From Malacoraja senta (lineage: Eukaryota): a stretch of 64,000 bases of DNA. Of the stretch, positions 40,449 to 51,781 are shown one piece after another. A model generated the notes under the pieces. That model saw nothing but the letters and a program-made list of their open reading frames with translations, was not told where the DNA came from and did no database searches. A program made the translations under genes and the position numbers. Numbering within the stretch: position 1 is the first letter of the stretch; every line of letters begins with the position of its first letter. The stretch lies in NCBI GenBank assembly GCA_038087875.1, contig CM075991.1, positions 6,448,001 through 6,512,000 on the forward strand, in the 5' to 3' direction.

Positions 40449-41319
40449 GTGCGTTTGGACACAATTACCTCCTAACCTAAAGGCGAAAAGTTATATCAAT
40501 GAAACCGAGCAGGATCATGCATGCACTCAATGAATGAATAGGATCAGAAAGATTTGAAGCAGATTGTGGTTTTAATCTTCAGGTTTGAGGCTAGATTTGA
40601 AAGTGGCATTATCTAATTTTGAGAATCATTGGGAATGATTATATTATATTATATTAATCATTGGTATTATAGATCATAGCTATTAGTGACATAAAATACT
40701 TAATTATTAATCAACAACTTGAGTTGGTATTTTTGTCGTTACATTGCTCCACACAGCACACTGGATTAAAGTAGACAGAATTGATCAAAATATCAATAAT
40801 GTTATTAAACAATTGTATCCATGCATGGTATTATCTGATTTGATTGGTTCGAATGCAAAACCGAGCTTTTCACTTTACCTCGCTACATGTGACAGTAATA
40901 ATCCTAAACCTCAAAAAAGTTTGTTTTAAACAAAATTGATACTGTATAATCAAACCTCCAATTAATAATAATATTGAGTATACAGAAAAATCCATTTACA
41001 GCTTTCGCTTTCACATTGAAATCCTAATTTGGAATCCAATCTCCAAACAATTTGCAACAGACAATAATATTGATTTATAAAGTTATTAGAGATGTGAATC
41101 ATCTTGCTGCTGAACACTAGGATCAAACATTCCAATGATTCCTAACATTCAAGCATCACGTTTAGCCAAAAGTTGAAGCATGATTCTCTAGTGACTGGCC
41201 ATCTATTTTTCAATATTAAAAATGCCCCTTAATAGCTTGTCATCCACTACTCCTGCTAAGAGTAGGTTGATGAGACTGTTGCTCTATTCGCCTTTAATAT
41301 CTTTCATGTTCTTAATCTA

Positions 41320-41780
41320 TTGAACAAGTTAGGTCTTTATTCTTTGGAGCGCAGAAGGTTAAGAGGGGACTTGATAGAGGTCTTTAAAATTATGAGCGGG
41401 TTAGACAGAGTGGACGTGGATAAGCTTTTCCCATTGAGAGCAGGGAAGATTCAAACAAGGGGACATGACTTGAGAATTAAGGGACAGAAGTTTAGGGGGA
41501 ACATTAGGGGGAACTTCTTTACTCAGAGAGTGGTAGCTGTGTGGAATGAGCTTCCAGTGGAAGTGGTGGAGGCAGGTTCGATGTTATCCTTTAAAAATAG
41601 ATTGGATGGGTATATGGACGGGAAAGGAATGGAGGGTTATGGTCTGAGTGCAGGTAGATGGGACTAGGGGGAAGTATTTATTTTTAATTAAAAAAAATTT
41701 AAAAAAATTAAAAAATGTTCGGCACGGACTTGAAGGGCCGAGATGGCCTGTTTCCGTGCTGTTATGGTTATATGGTTATA
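41320..41780 (+). mobile_element. CR1-clade LINE 3' fragment with open ORF2 end
   Basis: ORF 41320..41667 LGLYSLERRRLRGDLIEVFKI..NFFTQRVVAVWNELP; 3' UTR gggccgagatggcctgtttccgtgctgt resembles the HE1 tail. Confidence 0.9.
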
Positions 41781-41967
41781 ACAGACTAATAACCATAATC
41801 AGCCTATAGAAAAGTCCCAACCCAGAAAAGTTACCTATCCATGTTCTCCCAGCATGCTGCCTGACCCGCTGAGTTACTCCAGCACTTTGTGCCATTTGTT
41901 TTGGATTAACCTGTTTGTAGATAAACATATCAACATTGTTGAGATCTGCCACCACTTAAATAATTGA

Positions 41968-42147
41968 AGAGTCTGTCCCACTTGGGCGTCATTTGTACAT
42001 CATTTACGCGTCACAACGCACGCACGTTGCGTGGTGACATAGGCAGTGGCGCGCGGTTGCGCGCGCCGCCTCAGGATTCTGGGATGTACAAAATCTTCGC
42101 GCGCCATCTGCGTGATGCACAAATGACGCCCAAGTGGGACAGGCCCT
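41968..42147. mobile_element. Harbinger/PIF-type MITE, subfamily B
   Basis: TIR ..tgtcccacttgggcgtcatttg / caaatgacgcccaagtgggacaggccct. Confidence 0.75.
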
Positions 42148-43145
42148 TAAATTCACCACTTTCTCTTGGTGATGCAAATAGCCCCACACCGCTGGAACGT
42201 GAGAAAACTTCCCTCATTAAATCCAAGGGATTGCCTGTCTACAACAACAAGGGCACGCAGCCAGAAAGCTGTGTGAGGAGTGGGTGTGGGAAAGGCACAG
42301 AGCCAGTAATGCCACAGCCTTGTAGACACAAGAGACTGCAGATGCTGGAATCTGGGGCATAAAGAACGAAAACTGCTGGAGAAACTCAATAGGTGAAGCA
42401 GCATCTGTGGAGGCAGAAGGATGGTCTACATTTTGGCCTACAACCCTGCATGATGGCAGATGGTCTCGAACAACAAACATTCTGATGGGGGAAACTCAAT
42501 GGGTCAAAGGGCGTCTGTGTGGGGGGGGGAAGGAATGGTGGAGGTTTCAGGTCAAAACCCTGCAGCGAGAAAGGAATTATCCATATTTTGATCCCAAACC
42601 TTCAATGACTCCGTTTCCCCTCAGTTGCTTGTCGACCGACTGATTTCCTCCAGCAGATTAATTGTTGTGTTGGAAGGAACTGCAGATGCTGGTTTAAACC
42701 GAAGATAGACACAAAAAAACAGGAGTAACTCAGCGGGACAGGCAGCATTTCTGGAGAGAAGGAATGGTGACGTTTCAGGTTGAGACCCTTCTTCAATTGT
42801 TGTTCCAGATTCCAGCATCTGAAGTTTCTTCTATCTCATGGTCAGCCTAATTCTCTGATTTAAGGTAGACACAAAATGCTGGAGTAACTCAGCGGGTCAG
42901 GCAGCATCTCTGAAGAGAAGGAACCGTTGACTTACTCCAGCATTTTGTGTCTACCTTCGATTTAAACCAGCACCTGCAGTTCTTTCATACTAATTCTCTG
43001 ACTTGTTGCTCTCCTCGCCTATCAAGGTGGTGTCCGACCTTAGGGTCACCACCGAGCATTCAGATTAATCTGACTTTAACATAGATGCCAACCAGTTCTT
43101 ATGAGTAAGAAGCTCCACGTGGAGTTCTACTGAAGAGTTCATCAG

Positions 43146-43420
43146 TGGGCGCAGCGGTAGAGTTGCTGCCTTACAGCGCCAGAAACCCAGGTTCGATCCT
43201 GACCACTGTTGCTGTCTGTGCGGAGTTTGTACATTCTCCCTGTGGCTGTGTGCGTTGTCTCTGGGTGATCCGGTTTCCTCCTACACTCCAAAGACGTGCA
43301 GGTTTGTAGGTTAATTGGCTTCTGTAAATTGGCCCCAGTGTGTAGGATGCGAAATTGGGATAAGACGGAACGAGTGTGTGAATGATCTTGGTCAATGCGG
43401 ACTAGTTGGGTCGAAGGGTC
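43146..43420 (+). mobile_element. HE1-like SINE
   Basis: Same head and core as the other copies. Confidence 0.8.
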
Positions 43421-44353
43421 TGCTCTCTTAAAAAAGGCTGCATCTCTTAAAAATCTAATTCAGTTTGCTCAACCCAAAGTTGATTTCTGCAAGACGCTTT
43501 CACAAAACATCTCTTAAGTCAAGTACCGTCTGGCAAACTCTGCATCAAGTGAACTGTTGAAGTGAAGAGAATATTACATTTGTGAAGTCAGCAGGGTGCT
43601 CAGTTGGCTGGAACAGACGCATACTCCAGAAGGACGTTGGCAAGGAGTTAGCATGGCACATAATCCCTGATGGTGGGAAGTCCTTGTGTCTGGCATTGAA
43701 TATTCTTTCCAATAGCCTTTGCCAACATTGCTTACATCAACCAGTGCAAAAAAAAAGATATGAAAACAGATTACAGCATCAGGCAGCAGTATAGATTTGG
43801 AACTTGTTCACTTCTTTCCCCTGCCATATAAATACATTTAAGCCAGGGTGTCGTAACTTTACTTTTGCATATTAACATAAAACTGAATTTCGGGTGTCGA
43901 CCGGAAATATCACCCATTCCTTTTCTCCAGAGATGCTGCCTGACCCGCTGAGTTACTCAGGCACTTTGTGTCTATCAACTGAATTTAAGGTCATAAGTGA
44001 TGGGAGCAGCATTAGGCCATTCAGCCCATCAAGTCTACTCCACCATTCAATCATGGCCGATCTATCTCTCCCTCCTAACCCCATTCTCCTGCCTTCTCCC
44101 CATAGCCCCTGACACCCGCACTAATCAAGAATCTATCTATCTCTGCCTTAAAAAAAATATCTATTGGCCTCCACAGCCTAGGTTAAAATACATATTTTCT
44201 AACTTCATAATGCCTCAAAATGTTGCTGCTCAGTGCTGTTGAATAATTTATTTCATGTTTTATTTCTCTCACCGATCCACCCCCCACCTTTTTCCCAACC
44301 CCCTCCACCTCTACCCCTCTCCCGGCCTCTGCTCCAACCCCCGATCGCTGCAG

Positions 44354-44434
44354 CTGGCACGCATTGCAGACAGCAAGGACCACGTCTTCCCCGTAAACGA
44401 TGGCTTCACTGCCCTCCAGGGCATCATCGACTCG
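44354..44434 (+). CDS. ANTXR1: ANTXR1 coding exon 8 (81 nt): [27 protein letters not shown]
   Basis: Acceptor cgctgcag, donor gtaagt. Peptide also visible inside ORF 44255..44449. Confidence 0.97.
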
Positions 44435-44816
44435 GTAAGTGCCGTGTGACGTGTCCGCGGGTTACGGTGATTGACGTCCCGGGGTCGTGAGTAGTGGATT
44501 GCATGCAGCTGCTTCCAATTACCTCGCTGGGAGCTGGGCCCAGGCCGAGCCAGTCTGCACCAGATGGTGGAAACTGTAAACTGCGAGGGGTTGGGACCAA
44601 GGGACTGCATTTTCTACACCGAGCAAGGCTGAGGCACCGAAGAGGCATTAAAGTCCAATTTTGTACTGACAAAATAACTGCAAGCAACATTGCCTGAATA
44701 GCTGTGGGGCAAAGGTGATGATGACAATGACTAACAAATTGTCAGTTTTTTTTACAAATATCGGGACTGGTCTAAAATCCTGGCTATCAGATTACCTAAG
44801 GCCAGCTTTAAATTTG

Positions 44817-45117
44817 GGGCGGCACGGTGGCGCAGCAGTTGAGTTGCTGCCCTACAGCGACAGTTCGATCCTGACTACGGGTGCTGTCTGCATGGAATTT
44901 GTACGGTCTTCCCGAGGCCGCTTGGGTTTTGTCCGGGTGCTCCGGTTTCCTCCCACACTCCGAAGACGTACGGATGTGTAGGTTAATTGGCTTCGATAAG
45001 AATTGCAAATTGTCCCTAGTTGTGCGGGACAGTGCTAGCATACGGGGTGATAGCTGGTCAGCGCGGACCTGGTGGGCTGAAGGGCCTGTTTCTGTTTCTA
45101 AACTAAACTAAGCTAAA
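44817..45117 (+). mobile_element. HE1-like SINE
   Basis: Same head, core and tail as the other copies. Confidence 0.85.
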
Positions 45118-46147
45118 TTTAATCATTATTATCATGGCGATAATATTGACCATAACTGGAACATTTTTTTAAAGAGTGTTCCTTTGTATTAATTTTCACA
45201 AAGGAAAGAAGAGAATTTGTCAGTGTATTTTGCACAGTTGCAGTGAGCACACAGTGTGGAATACAGAGCAGCAATGTGGAAAGCTCAGACGTTGGATTGA
45301 AGACAGAGTCAAATTAGTGAGCGGAAATTTGGGTCTGAACCCAAGAAGAACGTCACTAGTCTAAGGGCAGGTTCTGGCTCGGTGCCATAGTAACCACTCA
45401 CACTAGGCCCAAGAGTATGATAACGGTGGCAGAAATCTTGGCAAAAAGCCGCAGAAATCATGTATCGGTGAAATGGTACTTAAAAAAAAAAAAAATTAGC
45501 TACGGTCATTTGGTTTTGTAGCGGATTGTCACAGCATTTACAAGGAATGCAGGGGAAACATTGGAGTTTCTGTTCAATGTTGACATTGACAGGAATGGGG
45601 ATAATTTACTGAAAGTTACTGCACATACAACATGTGAGGCAGGATAATAAAAGTCCTTGGCAATGACTTAACATTTGTTCTCCTGCCGAATGGTTTGATT
45701 TCAAATATAAAAAAACAGGAATGCATAAAAAATGCATCAAGTATGCGCATTAAATAAAATGCCCGATTTACTCTGGGAGGTAAAGCAAATAACAGATATA
45801 GTTATCTGCATTAAACTGCATGAAGCCATATCTCGCTATATCATCGTCTATATCTCTTGTCTCCCTTTCCCCTGACTCTCAGTCTGAAGAAGGGCCTCGA
45901 CCCGAAGTGTCACCTACTCCTTTTCTCCAGAGATGCTGTCTGACCTGCTGAGTTACTCCAGCTTTTTGTGTCTATCTTTGGTGTCATGGGTTAGTGTGAC
46001 CTTGGATTGTGTAGGTCAATGATAGAGGCCAGTGTACTCCGAGTGATGCTGGCCATTGTGGATTGGTGTGACCTGGCTAGTTTGGACATGAGCGAGTCTG
46101 GTCATTGACTGTCTGAGTCAAGTGTGCATCAGTGAAACTGTTACTAT

Positions 46148-46441
46148 TTAGACTTTAGAGATACAGCATGGAAACAGGCCCCTCGGCCCACCGAGGCCGC
46201 GCCGACCAGCGATCACCCCTTACACTAGCACCATCCTACACACTAGGGACAATTTACAATTTACAGAAGCCAATTAATGTACAAACCTGCATGTCTTTGT
46301 GGTGTGGGAGGAAACTGGAGCACCCAGAGAAAACCCATGTGGTCACAGGGAGAATGTACAAAATCTGTACAGACAGCACCCATAGTCAGGATCGAACCCA
46401 GGTCTCTGGCACTGCAAGGCAGCAACTCTACTCCTGTGCCA
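46148..46441 (-). mobile_element. HE1-like SINE
   Basis: Same head, core and tail as the other copies. Confidence 0.85.
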
Positions 46442-46759
46442 CATGTGCTATCGTTGGATCTAAGTGACCCATGTCATTTCTGGATTTGAATGATCTTGGC
46501 TAATACAGCTGCCTTCCAATACACCAGAACCAAAAGTCTAAGAGCATTGAAAAATTATTGTAAGAACCTCTGCTGTTCTCTCCCCATCCCTTTAAAAACA
46601 ATATTTTATCTGGACTGAGCAAAATATCCAATTTTAAAGATTCTCAACAGCTCAAGGAACCTCTATCCATGTTCATTATTTGCAACACTTCTTTAATGTT
46701 AGAGGCTATATCTTCCCTCTCTTCCATGAGTGCAGAAACATAGCACTCATTTAGAACTG

Positions 46760-47421
46760 CAGTGAAGAAAGCTAATGGCATGTTGGCCTTCACAGCGAGA
46801 GGATTTTTGTTTTGGAGCAAGGAGGTCCTACTGCAGTTGTACAGGGCCCTGGTGAGGCCGCACCTGGAGTATTGTGTGCAATTTTGGTCTCCTAATTTGA
46901 GGAAGGACATTATTGCTATTGAGGGAGTGCAGCGTAGGTTCACCAGGTTAATTCCCGGGATGGCGGGACTGACATATGATGAAAGAATGGGACGACTGGG
47001 CATGTATTCACTGGAATTTAGAAGGATGAGAAGGGATCTTGTAGAAACATATAAAATTCTTAAATGATTGGACAGTCTAGATGCAGGAAAAAATGTCCCG
47101 ATGATGGGAGAGTCCAGAACCAGGGGTCACAGTTTAAGAATAAAGGGTAGGCCATTTAGGACTGAGATGAGTAAAAACTTTTTCACCCAGAGAATTGTGG
47201 ATCTGTGGAATTCTCTGCCAAAGAAGGCAATGGAGCCCAAGTCACTGGATGTTTTTAAGAGAGAGTTAGATTTAGCTCTTAGGGCTAACGGAATCAAGGG
47301 ATATGTGGAAAAACCAAGAATGGGGTACTGATTTTGGATGATCAGCCATGATCATATTGAATGCGGTGCTGGCTCAAAGGGCCAAATAGCCAACTTCTGC
47401 GCCTATTTTCTATGTTTCTAT
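46760..47421 (+). mobile_element. 5'-truncated CR1-clade (HER1-like) LINE: RT C-terminus and 3' UTR
   Basis: ORFs 46762..47067 (LYRALVRPHLEYCVQFWSP..VQRRFTRLIPG) and 47068..47331 (TRGHSLR..NFFTQRIVDLWNSLP); (tttctatg)n tail. Confidence 0.92.
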
Positions 47422-47904
47422 ACAACACTTTACTTCCTTAATATTAGAGGCTATATCATCCCTCTCTTCCCTGAGGACAGAACATAGCACTTATTTAGTA
47501 TATGACTATTTTTACAGCCCATACTTAGGATATTATCTTGGTTTCCAAGGCACTATTTCCTTTTTTCTTTCATCTGTGAAAGAATATCTAAGATTTTTTA
47601 ACATTATTTGCCAATATTTTTCATGCTTTGCCTTCCTATTAATCCGATTTCTACACCTGCTATACTCATTCAGGCTTTCACAGTAAGTGTGATAAGCTTG
47701 CATTTTTTGCTTGATCCTGCCCTATGTGTTCCTTGAACTCATGACTTTGGTTTTGGGGGGGTTCTCTAGAATTTGGAGCTTCCCCTTTTTAGGCGAGACA
47801 GGTTTGTCGAATGCCTTCCACTGCCACCATATTGATTTTACTTTCAAATGGACAATTCCATTCTAATTTTGCAAAATCATATCTTAGCTGTATAAACTTT
47901 TATT

Positions 47905-48219
47905 TCAGTTTGTTTTTAGTTTTTAGAGATACAGTGCAGAAACAGGCCTCTTGGCCCACCAAGTACGGGCCAACCAGCAATCCCAACACATTAACACTAT
48001 CCTACACACACTGGGGTCAATTTACAGTTATACCAAGCCAATTAACCTACAAACCAGTTGTCTTTGGAGTGTGGGAGGAAACTGAAGATCTTGGAGAAAA
48101 CCCATGCGGTCACGGGGAGAATGTACAAACTCCGTACAGACAGCACCCATAGTCGGGATCAAACCTGGGCCTCTGGCGCTGTAAGGCAGCAGCTCTCATG
48201 CTGAGCCACCGTACCACCC
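47905..48219 (-). mobile_element. HE1-like SINE
   Basis: Same head, core and tail as the other copies. Confidence 0.85.
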
Positions 48220-49186
48220 GTCTATCTGTTCTTTTCATGAGAGGAACAGATTGGGTAGTTGTACATGGTCTTTTACCCTGAATAGAGGGATCAAGAACCA
48301 GAGGTCATGGGCTTATGGTAAGGGGGGAAAGATTAAATAGGTACCCGAGGGGCACCTTTTTTACACTAAGGGTGGTAGGTACATGGAACGAGCTACCAAA
48401 GGAGGTAGCTGAGGCTGGTATTATCGCAACGTTTAAAAAACATTTGGACAGGTACATGATTAGAGTAGGTTTAGAGGGATATTGGCCAAACGCAGGCAGG
48501 TGGGACAAGTGTAGATGGGGCATGTTCGTCATGGGGAGGTCGAGCCGAAGGGCCTGTTTCCACGCTCTATGACACTATGGGGATGATCAGCCATGATCAC
48601 ATTGAATGGCGGTGCTGGCTCGAAGGGCTGAATGGCCTACTCCTACACCTATTGTCTATTGTCTATTGTCTATTGACCCAATGAATCTGCTAAATCTAGT
48701 TGAATTATAATCATTATCTCCATCCTTTCCACTTCCCCACGTTTTTCTCACAAACCTAAGTCTGGTACCAGCTCCTCTCCCATGGATCTTGCTACTTAAT
48801 TCTGGGTCTGAATAGTAATGGTTCTCAGTAACATTGGACCTTCTGAACTCCAGAGGAACTCCAGAGAAGTGCTGGAGTAACCCAGCGGGTCAGGCAGCAT
48901 CTCAGGAGAAAAAGAATAGGTGACGTTTCGGGTCGAGATCTTTCTACAGACCCAAAATGTCACCTATTCCTTTTCTCCAGAGATTCTGCCAGACCTGCTG
49001 AATTACCCTGAATTATCTTTGGTGTAAAGCAGCAACTGCAGTTCCTTCCTACACACTTTATACTAAGAGGTTTCCTTCTAACGTAACAATTCTATCCCCT
49101 GCAACTATCAGGGACTCCCCAAAATAAGCAGCTATTGTACTGATCTCACAGGAGTATCTGGACCATTGAATCTAAAACAAAAGAAT

Positions 49187-49411
49187 TAAGGTAGACAAAA
49201 GTGCTGGAAAAACTCAGCGGGTGCAGCAGCATCTATGGAGTGAAGGAAATAGGCAACGTTTCGGGCCGAAACCCTTCTTCAGACAAAGAAGGGGTTTGGC
49301 CCGAAACGTTGCCTATTTCCTTCGCTCCATAGATGCTGCTGCACCCGCTGAGTTTCTCCAGCACTTTTGTCTACCTTAGATTTTCCAGCATCTGCAGTTC
49401 CTTCTTAAACA
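49187..49411. mobile_element. Penelope-like inverted terminal repeat forming a fold-back with ~90-bp arms; minus-strand hammerhead core at 49255-49282
   Basis: taaggtagacaaaagtgctgg ... ccagcacttttgtctacctta arms are near-perfect reverse complements. Confidence 0.8.
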
Positions 49412-50189
49412 AAATAATTAAGGTTTGATGTTCACATAGGTTCTGACTGATTTTTACAATTACACTCTTGGTTATAACATCATAACATTGCCTCAAACTT
49501 GCCCTTTACAATTGGATGGCTGAGACCCGGCGGTACGTTAAAGTGGGATGAAATTGAAGATGTAGCTGGATTATTTCCCATTCATTGAATAACAACCTGA
49601 TCTGAGATAATTTCATGGGTTCCTTGTGTCCCCAGCTATAGCATTCTTGCAAAAAACTGGCTCTTCACTCAAGCTTACAGGAATGCACATTGAACTCATT
49701 TATCCATATCTTTCCTGTTATTACCAAAATGTTTTCCTAGCTTGGGTGGTGAAAGGGAAGAGGTAACAGCAGGTCACAACAGGTCACATTCAATGTGTTC
49801 CCTGCTGGGAAATGGGGCAGTTCAGGCCAGTTTGGATGGACGTCCTTTCAATCAGCCAAATTCTAGAGTGCATAAGAAATGAGCCAAGCAATCTAACACT
49901 AATTGGGCATCAATCCACAGTGGAACACTGCCCATTATATACATTGTTATATTGAGACAGTGTTGCTAGATGTTCATGATGTGTTAGTGCATTGAAATTA
50001 TTTCCGCTGGATGAGAGGTTAGGACTCATTTTGGAGCTCTTCAACCGAAGGAGCGTTACACTTTGTTCAGCATGCCACATTGAAGCTTCCTGATGCTAGC
50101 AAAGTGTAACCAAAATGGAAACATGTTGCATTTGTCAGTGGCACCATCTAACAGCCCTATTGATGGTAGCTGAATCACTGAATTGGTAA

Positions 50190-50490
50190 AGGGAAACACA
50201 GTGGCACAGCAGTAGAGTTGCACCCTTACGGTGCCAAACACCTGGGTTCGATCCTAACTACGGGTGCGGTCTGTACATGATTGGTACGTTCTCCCTGTGA
50301 CTGTATCGGTTTCCTCCGGGTGTTAAGGTTTCCTCCCACACTCTAAAGACATCCAGATTTGTAGGTTCATTGGCTTCAGTAAAATTGTAAATGATCCTTA
50401 GTGTAGAGGATAGTGCTAGTGTCCAGGATGATCACTGGATCGACAAGGACTCCGTCAGCCGAAGTGCCTGTTTCCACGCGGTATCTCTTA
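50190..50490 (+). mobile_element. HE1-like SINE
   Basis: Same head, core and tail as the other copies. Confidence 0.8.
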
Positions 50491-51781
50491 CATCTAAGGT
50501 CTAATTTCAAATCCCTTGCCAGCTCCTTCCTGCCTCCTCCAGCCCAGTGAGATATGAGCTTTATCAAATCTGCTTTCTTTCTTACTTTGAATGGACAGTT
50601 ATTGAGCTGCTGAAGTGCTAAATTCTGCAATCACTCTCCCAATGGCAAGAAAAGTTTGAGCCCTTGCGGGACCAGAATTGGACAGACACAATTATCTCAG
50701 AAGGTAATGGCGCTGCAAGTGATTTAAGGATGGGTGTGACCACGGAAAGATTTGAAGAACGGGATGAGAAATTGAGATGTTAAAACATGCTGTTACAGTT
50801 GAGAGATTGGGAACAGATGCTGGATTCGCATTGATGCCCAATTCTAGTGGAAATAAATATTAATAAGTAACTAAATCTTCCATCTCATGATAATGATCTA
50901 GCAAACTTCATATCCTACAAGTTATCTAGTGATAAGAATGTGTAGTGTTTACAGAACATTATTTGCATCAGCACATTCCTCCAGAATTACTAGTGATGAG
51001 GATGTTTTGCTCCTGATGATCCATCTGCGATTTTTGGATGAGGTAAAATATTAAGGCAGAGCTGCAACAATTTGAACATTCTTGGCATGGGCCAAAACAA
51101 ATCACACTGGTGAAATCATGACCTGGCTCTCCATACAGCAAATCTTGACTGACATAAGCCTTCCCTTGGAACTTGTGTCCCAGTTCTTCAACAAGTCAAT
51201 TTTTCATCAAATAACATTTACAGAATGCTGCAAACACCAGCAAGCATAGGAAGAATAGGGTGAAACACAGCAAACAGAAAATTAAATTGCCAAAATCTTG
51301 ACGTTTTTCTGATGGAGTATACACAACATAACTGCTCAGGGTTGTCCAATTCGGTCAAATGTGTTTATTTTATTTCAAACAACCTCCAGAGTAACCTCCA
51401 CTGTATGTGCCTCTGATGCTGCTGCAAGCAAGATTTTCATTGTTATCACACCGTCCCCAGCCAACAATGGGCCATTGTGGGCTCCACCCTTCCTGAGATC
51501 ATCTGTTGCCGGCCCCGATTTGTTCCGGCTTTTTCTCACCTTCAGTTTATTTCCTGACCCCACCACCCATGCTTTCAGTCTGAATAAAGGTCCCAACCCG
51601 AAACGTTACCTATTCCAGTTCTCCAAAGATGCTGCCTGACCCACTGAGCTACTCCAGGATTTTGTGTTAATCGTTGGTATAAACCAGCATCTGCAGTTCC
51701 TTCCTACGCATTTTGCCATAGTATTGAGGAATTGAGGAATTGGCAAAGGAACAAATGTACCTTAAGAGTCACTTGTGTGTT

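Noticed and set aside
43026..43053. ggtggtg..caccacc hairpin as another ribozyme
   Set aside because: No pseudoknot partners and no hammerhead or HDV core nucleotides.
44255..44449. ORFs 44255..44449 and 62348..62554 as standalone genes
   Set aside because: They are ANTXR1 exons 8 and 10 read through flanking intron.
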